Shown here in pieces: positions 39,701 to 52,597 of a stretch of DNA of 64,000 nucleotides. The notes below the pieces were generated by a model, which saw nothing but the letters and a program-made list of their open reading frames with translations, was not told where the DNA came from and did no database searches. Each line of letters begins with the position of its first letter. Position 1 is the stretch's first letter. Position numbers and translations under genes: made by a program. Location: assembly GCF_021869535.1 (NCBI RefSeq), contig NW_026262690.1, positions 47,554,001-47,618,000 of the forward strand, read 5' to 3'. Source of the stretch: Mytilus californianus (lineage: Eukaryota).

Positions 39701-42700
39701 GTTCGAGGACACGAATCTCCCCGCTCAAGCTTGCTTATAATACATGAAAATACCTTTTAAGAGCATTTGATGTCACTGCTAGTTTTTAAAGAGTTGTATA
39801 ATTTTAGTCTTAGGTATTTTTGTGCTGTGTGTTATTTTCATATTTTCGCTATTTTGTTTTTATTTCTTATGTAATAAGTTTTCTAATAAAATCTGTTGTG
39901 CCCAGTGAATTTCCCAGTTCTTGAATATTGCTTTGCTTCTTTTACTTCGTTAGCTTAACTTGTTTATTTTCGTAAAATTTGCTAGAGGCAAACTAAAGTT
40001 AGAGTGCTGAAACAAAATATTTTGCAATTTTCCAAATTATAAAGGAGCATAACTCTATAACGGTAAGTGACTCACTACCCAAATTCGAACTCGGTCTGCG
40101 AATTTTGGTTCTTTATTGTGTATAAGTTTGTGCATGAGGTAAACTTAAGAAAGGTAAGTATGCTAGATATACTTACTGGAGGTGTGTTATCGACAGATTG
40201 TAGGCATTACTATGGGCACCAACTGTGCCCCTTTAATAGTAGACTTGTTCCTGTACTGTTATGAATCACAGTTTATGGCCAAACTCAGTTAAGACCTTCA
40301 TGTCTAAATTCCATTTAATTGATAAATTCAATAACACTTACCGTTATCTTGATGATATATTTTTCGTTAAATAATCAAGAATTCTCTAAATATACTGCCG
40401 AAATTTACCCACAACAACTTACTTTAAATAAATCAAAAATCAACAGCAATAAGTGTCCTTTCCTAGATTTAGATATTTCAGTTTTACACCAGAAACTTTA
40501 CACAACAATTTAACACAAAAGGGTTGATTTTTCTTTCTCTATTTTTAATTTTCCTTTTCTGGACGGTGATATTCCTCTGGAACCAGCTAAGGGTGTTTAT
40601 ATATCCCAACTCGTTCGTTATGCCCGTGTCTGTAGTGACGTTTTGGATTTCAATGAGCGTAATCTATGTATTACTGATAAATTATTAAGTCTGGGATTTC
40701 GTTACCACAAATTACTTAAAACTTTTACTAAATTCTTCCATAGATACAAAGATTTGGTTTGCAAATTTGGTTGTACCTGTAAAAAACTTATTCCAGACGG
40801 AATAGCACATTCTTAATTCTACGGTGATGTTGTTTACCGAGCCCGGAAATTTATATACGATCCGGGTAAATCCTTTAAATAAACTTATTCTAAAAGGTTA
40901 CCAATTCAACACTGTAATTAGATATTTGAATATTGTTTTTATGGGTATAAATATTGATTTCGTTATCAGTAAATTAAAATCACACTAATGCTTTTGTTAT
41001 ACATGCACTTTAACGATACTACAATCTGTCGATCGTTTGGCATTTTGGCATTGCACAAGTTCATGTTTTTCTCTGATTGTTAGTGACGTCTTTACACTAA
41101 ATCCATTGGATGTTGGATGTGTACTGATTGATATCTTAGTCTTAGATACATGATTTTTTTTTTATTATTTGTTATTGGCATTGAACTAGCTGTCAGTAAC
41201 TGCGAGTACTCTCAGATCTGTACTTAGTGTCCTATTTGTTGCTAGGGATGAAGGATTGATAAATACCCTGTCATGTCCTTCTGTGTTTATGCTTTATGTT
41301 TTTCTGCTTTGTATCGATCTGATGAGTTAAGCCTTTTTTAACTGATTTTTATAGTTTGTTCTTTATGTGGTGTTGTTACACCATTGCCCCAGGTCAGGGG
41401 GAGGGTTGAGCGCTCACAAACATGTTTAACCCCGCCACATTCTTTATGTACCTGTCCCAAGTCAGGAGCCTGTAGTTCAGTGGTTGTTGTTGATTCATGT
41501 CTGTCATATTTGTTATTCGTTAATTGTTTTGTTATAAATTAGGCCGTTAGTTTTCTCAATTGAATTGTTTCATATTTTTCATGTCGGGGCCTTTTATAGT
41601 CGAATATACGGTATGAGTTTTTTCTCTCATTGTTGAAGGCCGTACATTTGCCTATAATTGCTTAGATAGAGTGTGGAAACGAAAATGAGACGGACGAAAG
41701 GACGGACGGACAAGGGTTACACTTAATATCCACTTCGCCTAGCGGCGGGCTCATAAAAAATTGAAGTTATATCTTTTGTCCCAAAATGTACATTTCAATC
41801 AACCTTCACTTTCCTTTTCTCGCTGGAAGTCAGCTATAACCTAAACGTTGCTGCTTATTTTTAGTTCAATAAGACGCATGCAATCAACATAGTCTCCAAT
41901 CTTTGAATTATTGAATAAGAGGCATCTATTTGTAACGGAATGTCAAGATAAAAGTCATTACAAAAGACAATGTTTTAAGTACACCACATTCTTTCTTATT
42001 CATTTTTGTAAGTTTAGGGATATTTTAACCATAAACTATATATGTTGGTGTAAAGTGTAGTATAAATAAATAATAACCATAGAGAAGACTGTATCAAATC
42101 ATACATATAAATAAAGCAAAGAACACTTTCACAAAGGAAAATAAATGAACAGAGTTCCAATGTCACCGCGTTGCACATATTTTATCTGTCCAAGGGCAAT
42201 AACTTATAAAACTTTTGACTGGTTCTTCAAACCTTTTTTTTTATAAATGTTTGACAGAAATGAAAGCTTGTAATGCAATTTTCAATATAATTAATATTCA
42301 CAAGGGGCATAACTCTTTTAAAATTAGTTAATCGGCACTGATTTTTGATCTCGTCCTAGACATTGATAATATAAACCCTTGATATAATTTTTTTCTAAAT
42401 CTAGCAAGAATTGTACACATGAGAGCGCTTGCAATGCAATTTTCCATATAATTAATATTTCCAACGGGCATTCTCTTTTAAAATAAGTTGATCGGCACTA
42501 ATTTTCTAACTTGTCCGAGACATTGCTAATATAGACCTTTGTTATAAATTTGTTAAAAATCCGGCAAGAATTATACACATGAGAGCGCTTACAATGCAAT
42601 TTTCCATATAATTAATATTCCCAACGGGCATTCCTCTTTTAAAATAAGTTGATCGGCACTTCTTTTTAAACTTGTCCGAGACATTGCTGATGTAAACATT

Positions 42701-45408
42701 TGATATAAATTTGAAAAAAATCGGGCAAGAATTGTACGCGTGAGGGCGCTTACAATGCACTTTTTTAATTTATATTTCTAAGAGGCACAACTCTTAAAAA
42801 TAAATGATCGGCACTGATTTTCGAACTTGTCCGAGAAATTGCTGATATAAACCTATGATATAAGTTTTATAAAAATCTGGCAAGAATTGTACATGTGAGA
42901 GCGCTTACAAGGCCGGACGGACAGACGCACGGAAGCACAGACGGACGGGCACACGGTGGTTTTATGTCCCCTGCAACGCGTTCCGCGGGGGGCAATAAGT
43001 CCATTCGATTACATTTGCAAGGTACAATTTAAAATTGTCAGGCTCAAAACTAAAAAATACAATTCAAAATTAATAAGTTTACGGCAAAAAATTATATATT
43101 GTTTCTCAACCAAACAAGCCAAGAAGAACTTTCGATAATTTTCATTTTAAGTAGGTCAATTAAAAGTTCCTAACTATCGGAAAACAGAAAATAGCTGCCC
43201 TGCACAGAGAAAATAATACGTCAGAACTCAAAAACAGTAAGCTCCAGACCAAATATAGAATCAATCCTTCATGAAAAGGAGGAGAAATATGAAACAAAAG
43301 CGTCCAATTCGACCAGACACTGACAAAGTCAATTTGATATATCGCACATTCTTTAAGAGAGGAATGATCTATGAATTCAACGTTTCGTATTATTTCGTAT
43401 AGCGTAGATGTATGTTATTCAGTTTGATACGGACTAGCCATGTTTGAATAGTTGAACCCTAGCATATTTTTATGAATACACTATGCATATATCTGTTAGA
43501 TTTTTTTTTCAAGTAATATATTTGTATAGATATATATATACCGGAATGTATAAAGTCTTACCTTGCTTCTGTTCTTCGCTTATTTCACCCGACTGTAATT
43601 AGAGTAAATGATGAAACAGACTCTTCTTCGTATCAATATGGTGAGTTCATAGAAAAACTATACAATTTTGTAAATCACGAGCGTATTTCTGTTTGTTTGA
43701 TAGACTTGTATTGCATGCGTGTTTTTGTTGACAGTTTTTTTTGTAAGTTAGTTGCTCTTCGGATTTTCAATTCTGACATCTTCTTTTATTTATAAAATAC
43801 TCCGATCATGAAATGATACTAAAGAATGACATCTAACTTTGCCGGAGAAGGATGAATTATTGAGCTAAACTATCTTGAACAATTGGTATAGTTTCGTATT
43901 TAATTAGAATAAATTACTAGTATTAATATGCGACCTTTGCAATCGTGTTTTCCTCCTTAATAGCGAAAAAATTACATCGTTCTTTTAAAGAAAGTTTATA
44001 AAACACTCATGGTCTTTTAGAAGGAATATGAAAACTTATCATACCTTGAAGTTTGAAATATTTTTCTGCTACTCAAGCATGTTTATTTCTTTGTTTGAAT
44101 TTGATTTCATGACATGATTTATTTAGCATTTGTTTTAAAAGAAAAATTACAATGTAAATGATAAATAATAAAACCATATGCGGTAAAAAAAAAATCATTT
44201 TATCAGTATGGATTCTACCAGACTGCATTCGTGCCCTTATTCTAGTCGAAGATGTGTAAATTTAATTTAAAAATTCACCAGGAAATAAAATAAAATTGTT
44301 TCTGATGGTCAGTGTAAACGACTTCAATACATGGTTTTAGTCTGTCAATCTCCTTTGTAAGTTAAACTGAAAACAACAACTGATAAATATACGACTAAGA
44401 AGGCAAGAAAAGCTTAGTATGCTGAAGTTTTTTTGTTTTTTTTTGTTGTATCTATATTCCACCTGTCTGCTTCTTTCTTTCCAATACCGCCTCGGTGGTC
44501 TCGTAGTAAAGTGCGGGGGGTCGTGGAGTCGAACCCCGGCCGGGTCAAACCAAAGACTTTAAAATTGGTATTTGCTACTTATCCGCTAAGCACGCGGCAT
44601 TAAGGAGTAAGAGCAAAGACAGGTCAGCTCGGAGTCAGAATAATGTGTCCGGGTAAGGGGACTTGTCTTCCTGCTGACTGTTGTGCACTAGCACGTTAAA
44701 CATCCGGCTCAGCGTGTCGGTCTAGTACAAAGCAGGGCTAAATTTCATATTACATTTAACATGTTCTCGACCTGAATTTGCATATTAATTTGCCGTTGGA
44801 CGTAAACAGCCATCCATCATCATCATCTTTCGTTCCATTATGCCGGTTTTTTTTTATTAAACATTAAAAAGTGTAAGAGATTCGTAATGTGACGTTATGA
44901 GTCAAATTGCGGAATACAGAAACCTCTTCGATGGTTTAAACAATAAATGGAGATTTGGATATATGTCAATAAGTCAGAAATTAAAAGAGGCCCAGAAATA
45001 ATAAAAGAGCATCTTGTTTATGTATAATGGCTTTTCACACATAAAAATATGATGTTAGTTGCAGATCTTTTATTGTTCTGTTGTGTTGTTAGTTTGATGT
45101 CTCATTGATACTAGTGAATATCCAACGTCTTTTTTTTTTGTCATAGCCTAGGAATTTCCGAAATATGCTTTTAGTATCCCCGCTGATACATTAGCTTTTA
45201 CAAAATGAAGATTATATAAAAGATTACCAAAAATTTGGTGGTGGAAATAGACTATTCGTTTAACCATCATACTTTTTATTTTAAATCAACCATTTTTTTC
45301 AGTACATTCAACATATACACAAATAAATACCACCCCTAAAAAATATTTGAATACATTAAAAGACAGACAAATGATAGCATTTTTCTTTTAGATAAAACAA
45401 CTTACCAT
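36778..45408 (-). CDS. Calmodulin-like EF-hand protein C (145 aa); exons complement(45406-45408, 43562-43592, 39205-39348, 37311-37541, 36778-36806)
   Basis: GT-AG, in frame, sizes 3/31/144/231/29. MSGEISEEQKQDIKEWFNRFDTDKDGKLSKEE...DTNDNGLIDLEE...DQNNDGFIERDE...DKNGDGKVNIEEFVEMMMAI*. Confidence 0.9.
40178..41560 (+). mobile_element. 5'-truncated Naiad-type element (family 2), inserted into a HINE-like repeat in intron 2 of gene C
   Basis: VYRQIVGITMGTNCAPLI, YRYLDD, CPFLDL, GVYISQLVRYARVC, FNERNLCIT; ORF end near 40988, then 3' UTR. HINE-like flanks about 39985-40177 and 41663-41757. Confidence 0.85.
41071..41141 (+). promoter_or_regulatory. SECIS-like element (type II) in the 3' UTR of Naiad family 2
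   Basis: GUGAC (41083-87), GUCUUUACACU, AAA (41099-101), UCC-AUU-GGA mini-stem, UGUGUACUGAU, UGAU (41129-32); lower helix GAUUG/UAGUC. Helix II has mismatches. Confidence 0.6.
42146..42998 (+). mobile_element. Helentron-associated non-autonomous element (HINE/pearl-like) with four ~160-bp internal tandem units
   Basis: Inverted subterminal CGCGTTGCA (42167-75) / TGCAACGCG (42972-80); units start 42272, 42433, 42593, 42754; GGAC/AGAC microsatellite and 3' GC hairpin. Remnants also near 31540-31660 and 38130-38250. Confidence 0.72.
44484..44825 (+). mobile_element. tRNA-derived SINE (Meta-domain-like) with a (CAT)n tail
   Basis: A box tggtctcgtagt, B box ggagtcgaaccc, central ggtcaaaccaaagactttaaaattggtatttg...taaggagtaagagcaaagac; near-perfect TSD tctttc(t/g)ttcca at 44472-83 and 44826-37. 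Confidence 0.85.
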
Positions 45409-46417
45409 ACTGATCCTATTGTCTACAACTAACAGTGCAAAATATTGACACGTTACCATTTAAGTATCCGTATTCATGCATTGTAAATATCATATAATTC
45501 AAAAAGAGAAAAGTTAATTGTTTATAGACAAAAGAGTCGTCAGGCATTTCGCTAAAGACATTAATAATAGAACGGTAATTCAGTACTTAATATTAATAAA
45601 GAGGATTCTTTAAATCGTGTCATAGACTTTACTGTCACCGCAAATTTTCTATAAATCAGAATTATTATTTCATTTATCTTCAACAGAAGTCTAGACCTAG
45701 AATTGATTCTGTCTTTAATAATTATAGTCGTGGTGGAACGTTATACAATTGAAAAAAATGCTGAAATTAAAGTCTCGTGACCATATAATCAATATCAAAA
45801 TATTGATACCAGAGTGTATCAGTTGCCAATAGCAAACAAATGTCTTTTGGTTTTAATGTGTCGTCGGGTTGCTATTTTTTATTGACGTTTTCCCGACATA
45901 TCCTTTTATTCAAATGGATCGAAAAATTAGAACTATCGATCAGTGCTCAAATGATCAATATCTATTCATCTATGTCGAAATCCGCATAACATAACATGAA
46001 AAAAAAACAATATTCATTTCTATTGTTTTAAAAGTATAGTAAAATTCGTACGGTCAATAGAAAATTTACGTTCCTCGTAAACCTGATAACTTTTGAATGA
46101 TGGGAATAAAAAAAAATATGCTTCATTGCTTTCGTTTTCAAAATGAATTATAGATATGACCGAATTCCTTACAAGTTTTGAAAGTTTGAAATATGCAGAA
46201 CCGTATACAAGTACTACTGATTTATAACAGAAGTATTATTTGACTTTATTAATGACTGAACTGCAAGCATACATTAAGTACATAATAAATGTGAAATTGT
46301 TAGATTGTATACAGTGTCATGTATTAATATCAAACAGTACGAGGAAATCCAGTGATTCCATTTGGATAACGTTAAGCATCACAAAATGCTTTGTATTTGT
46401 CGAGAGATAGCCTCCAT

Positions 46418-49159
46418 TTACACTTTTATAACTTTGGTCAAATCTGAAATGTAGAAATTTCTAAAATTAAAGCGTTACAACTAAAAACATGACGAAATTG
46501 CTGAAAGAGGAGTGATTCAGACTGACACATTTTATTAGACCCACGTTGATAGAATAGTTAAAACTTTATAATTATGTTTATTTATAATTTAATCGCTATT
46601 ATATTTAAATGCAAACATAGCTACGCCCTCAATTTCGAAAGTGAAATGAATTAGTACTCCTCGCCCATCTTCCTGCTTCACAGCCAATGCTTTAATGAAC
46701 ACCTTGTGTAACCTTAGCAAAGCAATATATAGGCATAGAGAAGAGAAATGCGATAATTCACAATTTACGAAAGCTTTGACCACAAGAACAATAAGTTTTG
46801 GAGTTACTTTTTTTTTTATATGATGTATCTAATCCTCTTCATTTTAATTCTTTCGCTCAAAAAATTGTTTGTACTTGCCATATACATGTAAATCAAGATA
46901 CTGGTGTCAAAACAAGTCTTCTTTGATACACTCCCTCTGTTCTAACGTGAAGTATAATTATGATTGCCAAAGAAATATATAACATACATACCGGCAAGGT
47001 AGCAATACAAATCATAAGTAGAAGAAGGACAAACACAATATCGTGGCTGAAATTTTAGAATATGACATTCAAACTCATAGCATTGTAAAATTAGCAGTAA
47101 GACAGTTTTTATACTTACCTTCATAATCTATTTTCCCTTGACTATTCACCTCTGCCTCTTTTATCAAAGACTTTGCCTCCGATTCTGATAGTCGTTCACC
47201 TTTTGTTGTGACAATTTGTTTTAGTTCATTGGCATCTATCAATCCTTCTTCATTTCTGTCAAAAACTCTGAAAGCTTGTCGTATTTCTCGTTCTTCGTTC
47301 TTTCTGGTATTAAAATGCTTTGCATATGCATCGAGGAAATCACTATAGTCCACCATTCCTGCACCTTCAGTAGATAATTATTGCACCTAAGTTATCGTCG
47401 GAATCATGAGTAGGTCCTAACATTTAGCTCATACATAACTAAGGGAAATCTTTCTGGAAATTAAATTTCTAATCCTATCTATAGTGTAACGTTTATTATT
47501 AATATCTATATGGATATAGGATGGACTTAAACCCTGGTAATTTTATGAACAAACTTTTTTTGCTGGAGACAGCTTTTTATTTCTCGGTAAGATCTTCAGC
47601 AAATTAATCTAAATTACAGAACAGGATTTTTTTAGGAATTCAGCAAGGAAAGTCTTATTCAAATCAAACTTAAATCTTTCATCACGAAAACGGTAAGAAT
47701 CAGATGAAAACACAGAAAGATAACAACACATCAAAGTGGAATTAAGAATACACTATCCAGCTCCCAATCCATGTATATTGTAAAATAAATAAGAATACAT
47801 AAAAACGTCAAAGATACCAGGATTATAATTGTGTACGCCAAACGTGCGTTTCGTATACAAAAGATTCAATGTTATGATATTACAGTCTTGAGGAATATAA
47901 AAAATTGAAAACAACACGTTTAATAATTTCATGCGTCCGAAGCGCTTTTCTGGATTTACCTTCATCAGGAACGCTCAATGCCAAACATTTGAAATCCGAG
48001 GGATGTATAAGTACCGAAACAGATGAAGAGCTATATGACAAAAATACCTAAAACAAATAGCCAAATTCATCTAAGGTCAACTTTGCCTGAGGGAGTTGAA
48101 ACCTTAGTTTCTTTATAATTTCAAAATTTATAAACGGAAAATTTTAGAAAAGTTTGTTATAAATCATGTCAATACCAAAGTACTGACTACTGAGCTGATG
48201 ATACCCTCGGGGACTGATAGTCCACCAGCAGAGGTATCGACCCAGTGATGTAAAAAATTGAAAACAACACGTTTAATAATTTCAGTTACAGCTAAGAATT
48301 ATTATATTGATACATATTATATATTACTTGCATGGTTACAGTATAATATATCATTGTTACACTTACGATCTGGTCTTGTTGATTGAAACATTTCTTGCAG
48401 CTCTTTCTCTGAGGGATTGTGTCCCATACCCCGAACTATAGTGGCATAGTCATCCTGTGGCAATTTGCCAGTTCCCTCAGTGTCGTACAAATCATACATA
48501 TCTCTGATTTCTGCAATAACAGATTTAAAATGTAGAATAACGGGTGCAGGTTATAAATGACGAATACAGAATTCGTGTTTCAATATATTTAAATAATTGT
48601 TTATTTTTTACTTTTATGAGTAAATCTTAAGTACTGTGTCATCAAATATCATGGTAAATGCAAAAACGGATAAGTCTTAGAAATAAATAAACGCTCCTGG
48701 AAAGAGGAAAATAAAATGTGAAATTGAAAGTAAAAACGCTACTCTATATTGAAATTAATGTAGATTAAGCATGTGTATTTATAAAAATCATTTACAAAAG
48801 GGGTTTTGTTTAAATATGAGATGAGTTTTCTACGTACCATCTTTTTCTGCCTGGCCTAATGAAGAAGCCTGTAAAATATATTTCAAAATAAGATATCTTG
48901 ATGTCTTTTTTGTGTAACTGTCTATTCATAGAACTAAAATACTAAAACGTTATTTATGTTTGCTTCTTAACTAGAAAATGTCCAATCAATTTTTAATCTA
49001 GAAGACATTTTTATTTTGCACAATCTTATTGTTCCCCTTTCGCTTAGACGTGAAGTTAGTATCATAGAACGAATGTATATTCATTTTGTACAAAAGACTT
49101 TCAATAAAATACACATTTTATGTTAACTTTTTGTATAATCAGGATTTAAAACTTACCAT
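46418..49159 (-). CDS. Divergent calmodulin-like protein D with degenerate EF loops (149 aa); exons complement(49157-49159, 48838-48868, 48367-48510, 47119-47364, 46418-46443)
   Basis: GT-AG, in frame, sizes 3/31/144/246/26. MASSLGQAEKDEIRDMYDLYDTEGTGKLPQDD...RPDRAGMVDYSD...DRNEEGLIDANE...EVNSQGKIDYEDLTKVIKV*. The last exon is slightly less certain. Confidence 0.87.
47898..48284 (-). mobile_element. Retrozyme-like repeat: 353-bp monomer with a ~34-bp terminal direct repeat, in intron 3 of gene D
   Basis: taaaaaattgaaaacaacacgtttaataatttca at 47898 and 48251; contains a hammerhead motif; a truncated piece of the second hammerhead family lies at about 47810-47870. Confidence 0.7.
47932..47976 (-). 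ncRNA. Minimal type I hammerhead ribozyme motif (non-canonical stem II closure)
   Basis: GCGUUC-CUGAUGA-AGGUAAAUCCA-GAAA-AGCGC-UUC-GGACGC: stem I 6 bp, palindromic stem III, UUC triplet. Confidence 0.62.
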
Positions 49160-49697
49160 TATAAAAAGTAAAGCAAAGCTATATAATTACAATTAGTTTT
49201 GGACATTGATATATACTATACAAAAGAAACCAAAAATCATTTCATTAGTTACAAATAGCCAAAATTATATTATGCCATTCATGCGTTTATAATTATTTAA
49301 TAGGAAACAAGGTCACAATGTTTCAAATACTATATCAAACTTACAGCAATTGCAATTATATGTACAAAGTATACGTGATGCTATCGCTAACAAGAAATTA
49401 ATTATTGACAATATAATTACTTTTAATTTGCAGAAAACAGCAGGGTTACATGAACAACAATGAATTATAGATTAACAGGTACATACACATATATTGAAAA
49501 ATGAATCATTTAAACTTCTAAACATTGTCTTTTTAACTTTCGTTGATTTGTAGTAAGACAAAGAGAAAGGTAGCATTGTACCGGATCGTTAAGCAAATTA
49601 ATTGAACCAAATTTTAAAGAACATATGTGTCGTGTTTACAACTATTTCGACACTATTTTAACTCTAGTGCCCTTAAACATACACATGCACAGTCGAT

Positions 49698-52597
49698 ATG
49701 GTAAGTAAAAACAAATATTGTTTTATTTTTTTCAGTTCTGTAATCGTACTTTCAAATACAAAAGTCGTGTTATATTGCATACATCTTACAGCTTATGATT
49801 TCATTTATTTTCAAAGCTGTTTCAGGTGTTTTTTTGGTCATTCAAATGATAAAATATACAAAAAGAATTTACGAGTTTTAATTGAAATTTATTTACAACT
49901 CGTGCGTATTTTCATTCTAAATCACAGGTAAACACATTATTGATAAATCAACGTAACGTAAGTCAACGTTAGGGACCGTCTTGATTTTGTTGTAAAGTGT
50001 AAAAGGTCTTTTTCATCCTTGAAGACATTCAAGCAACTTTCATGAAAAACAAGCAATAAAATTGTAGTATCTAGTATCTAGTAACTAGTATCATAATATT
50101 TGAATGGGATTTTGTCTATAAATGTGCTGTCTCCTTTATTCTCGAAATAATCATCTATTTTGCCTATGATACCTTTAGCCTAACAGTTCACCATTAGAGG
50201 CAGCAACCCAAGGATGGTAAATTTCAATTTAAAAACAAATTCTTTATAGATACCATAGCTATGTTCGAGTTTATAGATTAATCTTTATGTTATTTTCTTC
50301 TTTATTACAGGGTGACGGGCTAACAGAAGATCAAATAACAGGTATCTATACCCAATATTACCTTATAACTCGGGCGTAATTCACGCCTTCTAATTTTACT
50401 ACAAAAATATGACAGATCTAGTCGTTGAACATTAACAACACAAATAAAAGTGCAGTCTTTCCATACGAAAGGGCATATAGCAAAAAATCTTAAACTATTG
50501 CAGACAAAATGCAAATACAGCACTAGAAAAGAACATAAAATACAATTAATACCTTTTTCGATCATATGATATATGTATCCGACACACATACTTTTCATTT
50601 CATAGATGCATCATGTGATCTGAGTTTCTGGTTTAAACTCTTGATAAATGCATATATTAAGCTATGTTTTCAAGTTTGAAAATTACTTTATATATCAAAT
50701 ATTTCAGAAATTAAAGAATGTTTTACATTGTTTGATAAGGACAATGATGGTTTTATCAATCCACAAGAGCTAGGTACTGTAATGAGAGCGTTAGGACAGA
50801 ATCCCACAGAGGCTGAAATAGAAATGTTAACTAAAAACTATGATGAAAGTGGTAGGTATTATGTGTTGTTTACTAGAAAATACAACAAACGTAATCATTT
50901 CTTTTAAGTACTTTGATTTAATTTGAGTTTAAAACATGGCTACCATTGTGAAATATGCAGAAAGGGAGGAAAAAAATGTACATTTTTGTCAATATCTAAG
51001 ATGAGTGACTGGCATCCGATTTGCCATATAAGGAATAAACTCGGTATAGATGCCATTTCATGAACTTGCAGCAAGGTGAAAGGATTTTTTGTGTTGAAGG
51101 CCCTCTTTGTGACTTTGTTGAGAAGAAAAGCCGAATAGAAACGACAGTCTGATGATTTGTTGTTTCGTCTACTGCATTCCGTATTTTGTGTCATGAGTAA
51201 ATACACCATATTCTTTCTTTTCTCTATCCTCATATTATAATTACGAAATCATTATTTTGTTACATGCTCAATTTAAAAATAGGGTGATGTAAGTATGATT
51301 GCAATGAAAAAAAGACCATTAAATCTAAAAATACCATTATTTTTCTCTCTCTCAGGTAATCAAACTGTAGACTTTTCTGAAATGTTGAGTATCATGACAA
51401 CTCGAATGAGACCAAAAGACCCTATGACAGAACTTCAAGAAGCATTTAAAGTTTTTGATAAGGATGGGAAAGGATTCATCGATTCCAAACATTTCCGACA
51501 CATAATGACAACTATGGGTGAAGTTATGTCAAATGCTGAAATAGAGGAATTAATCCAAGAAGCAGATAAAGATGGAGAGGGGAAAATTAATTACGAAGGT
51601 AAAGTTCAAATTATATGATACTTTTGGTTACTTAATAATGTAAAAACAAACAAATTTTGAAAATCTGAAGACATATAAAACAATAGAAATCCGAAGAAAA
51701 TAAAACAAGGGAAATCCAGAAACATCAAATAATAAAGCGAAACACATACTGAACACGATATTCTTTCCAGTTACTCTTTTAAGCATAAATTGATTTTTAT
51801 CCCACTGTATCTTTTGCATCTCTTTTAATCCATAGCACTTGCTATTGGTCGTCTGGATACCTTCGGGACTAACATACCAATATCAGCGTCACAGCAATTA
51901 GTGCTGATTGATAAATGATACGGCTAATGTCCCCTTAATTCATTTGACAATAAGGGATTTCAATCTGTGCGTATTTTGAGAATGTAACAGCATTATGTTT
52001 TGATTGAATGAAAGTTGCTTTCTTAATATCCAGTGGCAAATAGTTCATGCATGTTCAGGACGAGAATAAATAAACAGTAAATAAAAAAGTAAGGTTCTAT
52101 CAATTGGATAAAATTGTAAAATTATTAAAAAATCTCTAAATTTCATTATTTAGGTTATTTGATATTCGGATTACGCTATATCTGTTTCATTAAGTTGACA
52201 ACTTGATCCACTGTTCCAATGCTAATAATAGTGAGATAACAATGACTTTCTAAAGAAGCACTTGAATTCAAAGATACTTTAAAGAATAAGTCAATTTTCA
52301 AATATTGATATAAGAAAGGTGTGAGGAAAAAAAGGATGTGACAGTGTCCCAATAACACTAAAAAACAATATCCGATCTTTAAAGAAAGGCAGGCACCTAC
52401 ACCAGCACCAGGTAACTTGTAACTTATTTCAACAGAAGTGACCAAAACATCAGTCATCAAAATCTAGATAGATCAAATACTCTGATTGTATATTGTTTAT
52501 ATGTATTCAATATTCATAGAGTTGTACCAAGAAATCAAACAGATTATGACATACAATTTTATTTTCAGAGTTTGTGATGACGGTGACATCAAAATGA
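49698..52597 (+). CDS. Calmodulin-like protein E (149 aa), the closest to calmodulin in the cluster; exons 49698-49700, 50311-50341, 50708-50851, 51356-51598, 52569-52597
   Basis: GT-AG, in frame, sizes 3/31/144/243/29. [48 protein letters not shown]...[12 protein letters not shown]...[20 protein letters not shown]. Confidence 0.92.

Noticed and set aside
41319-41345. CTGATGAG as a hammerhead core in Naiad family 2
   Set aside because: No GAAA or supporting stems follow.
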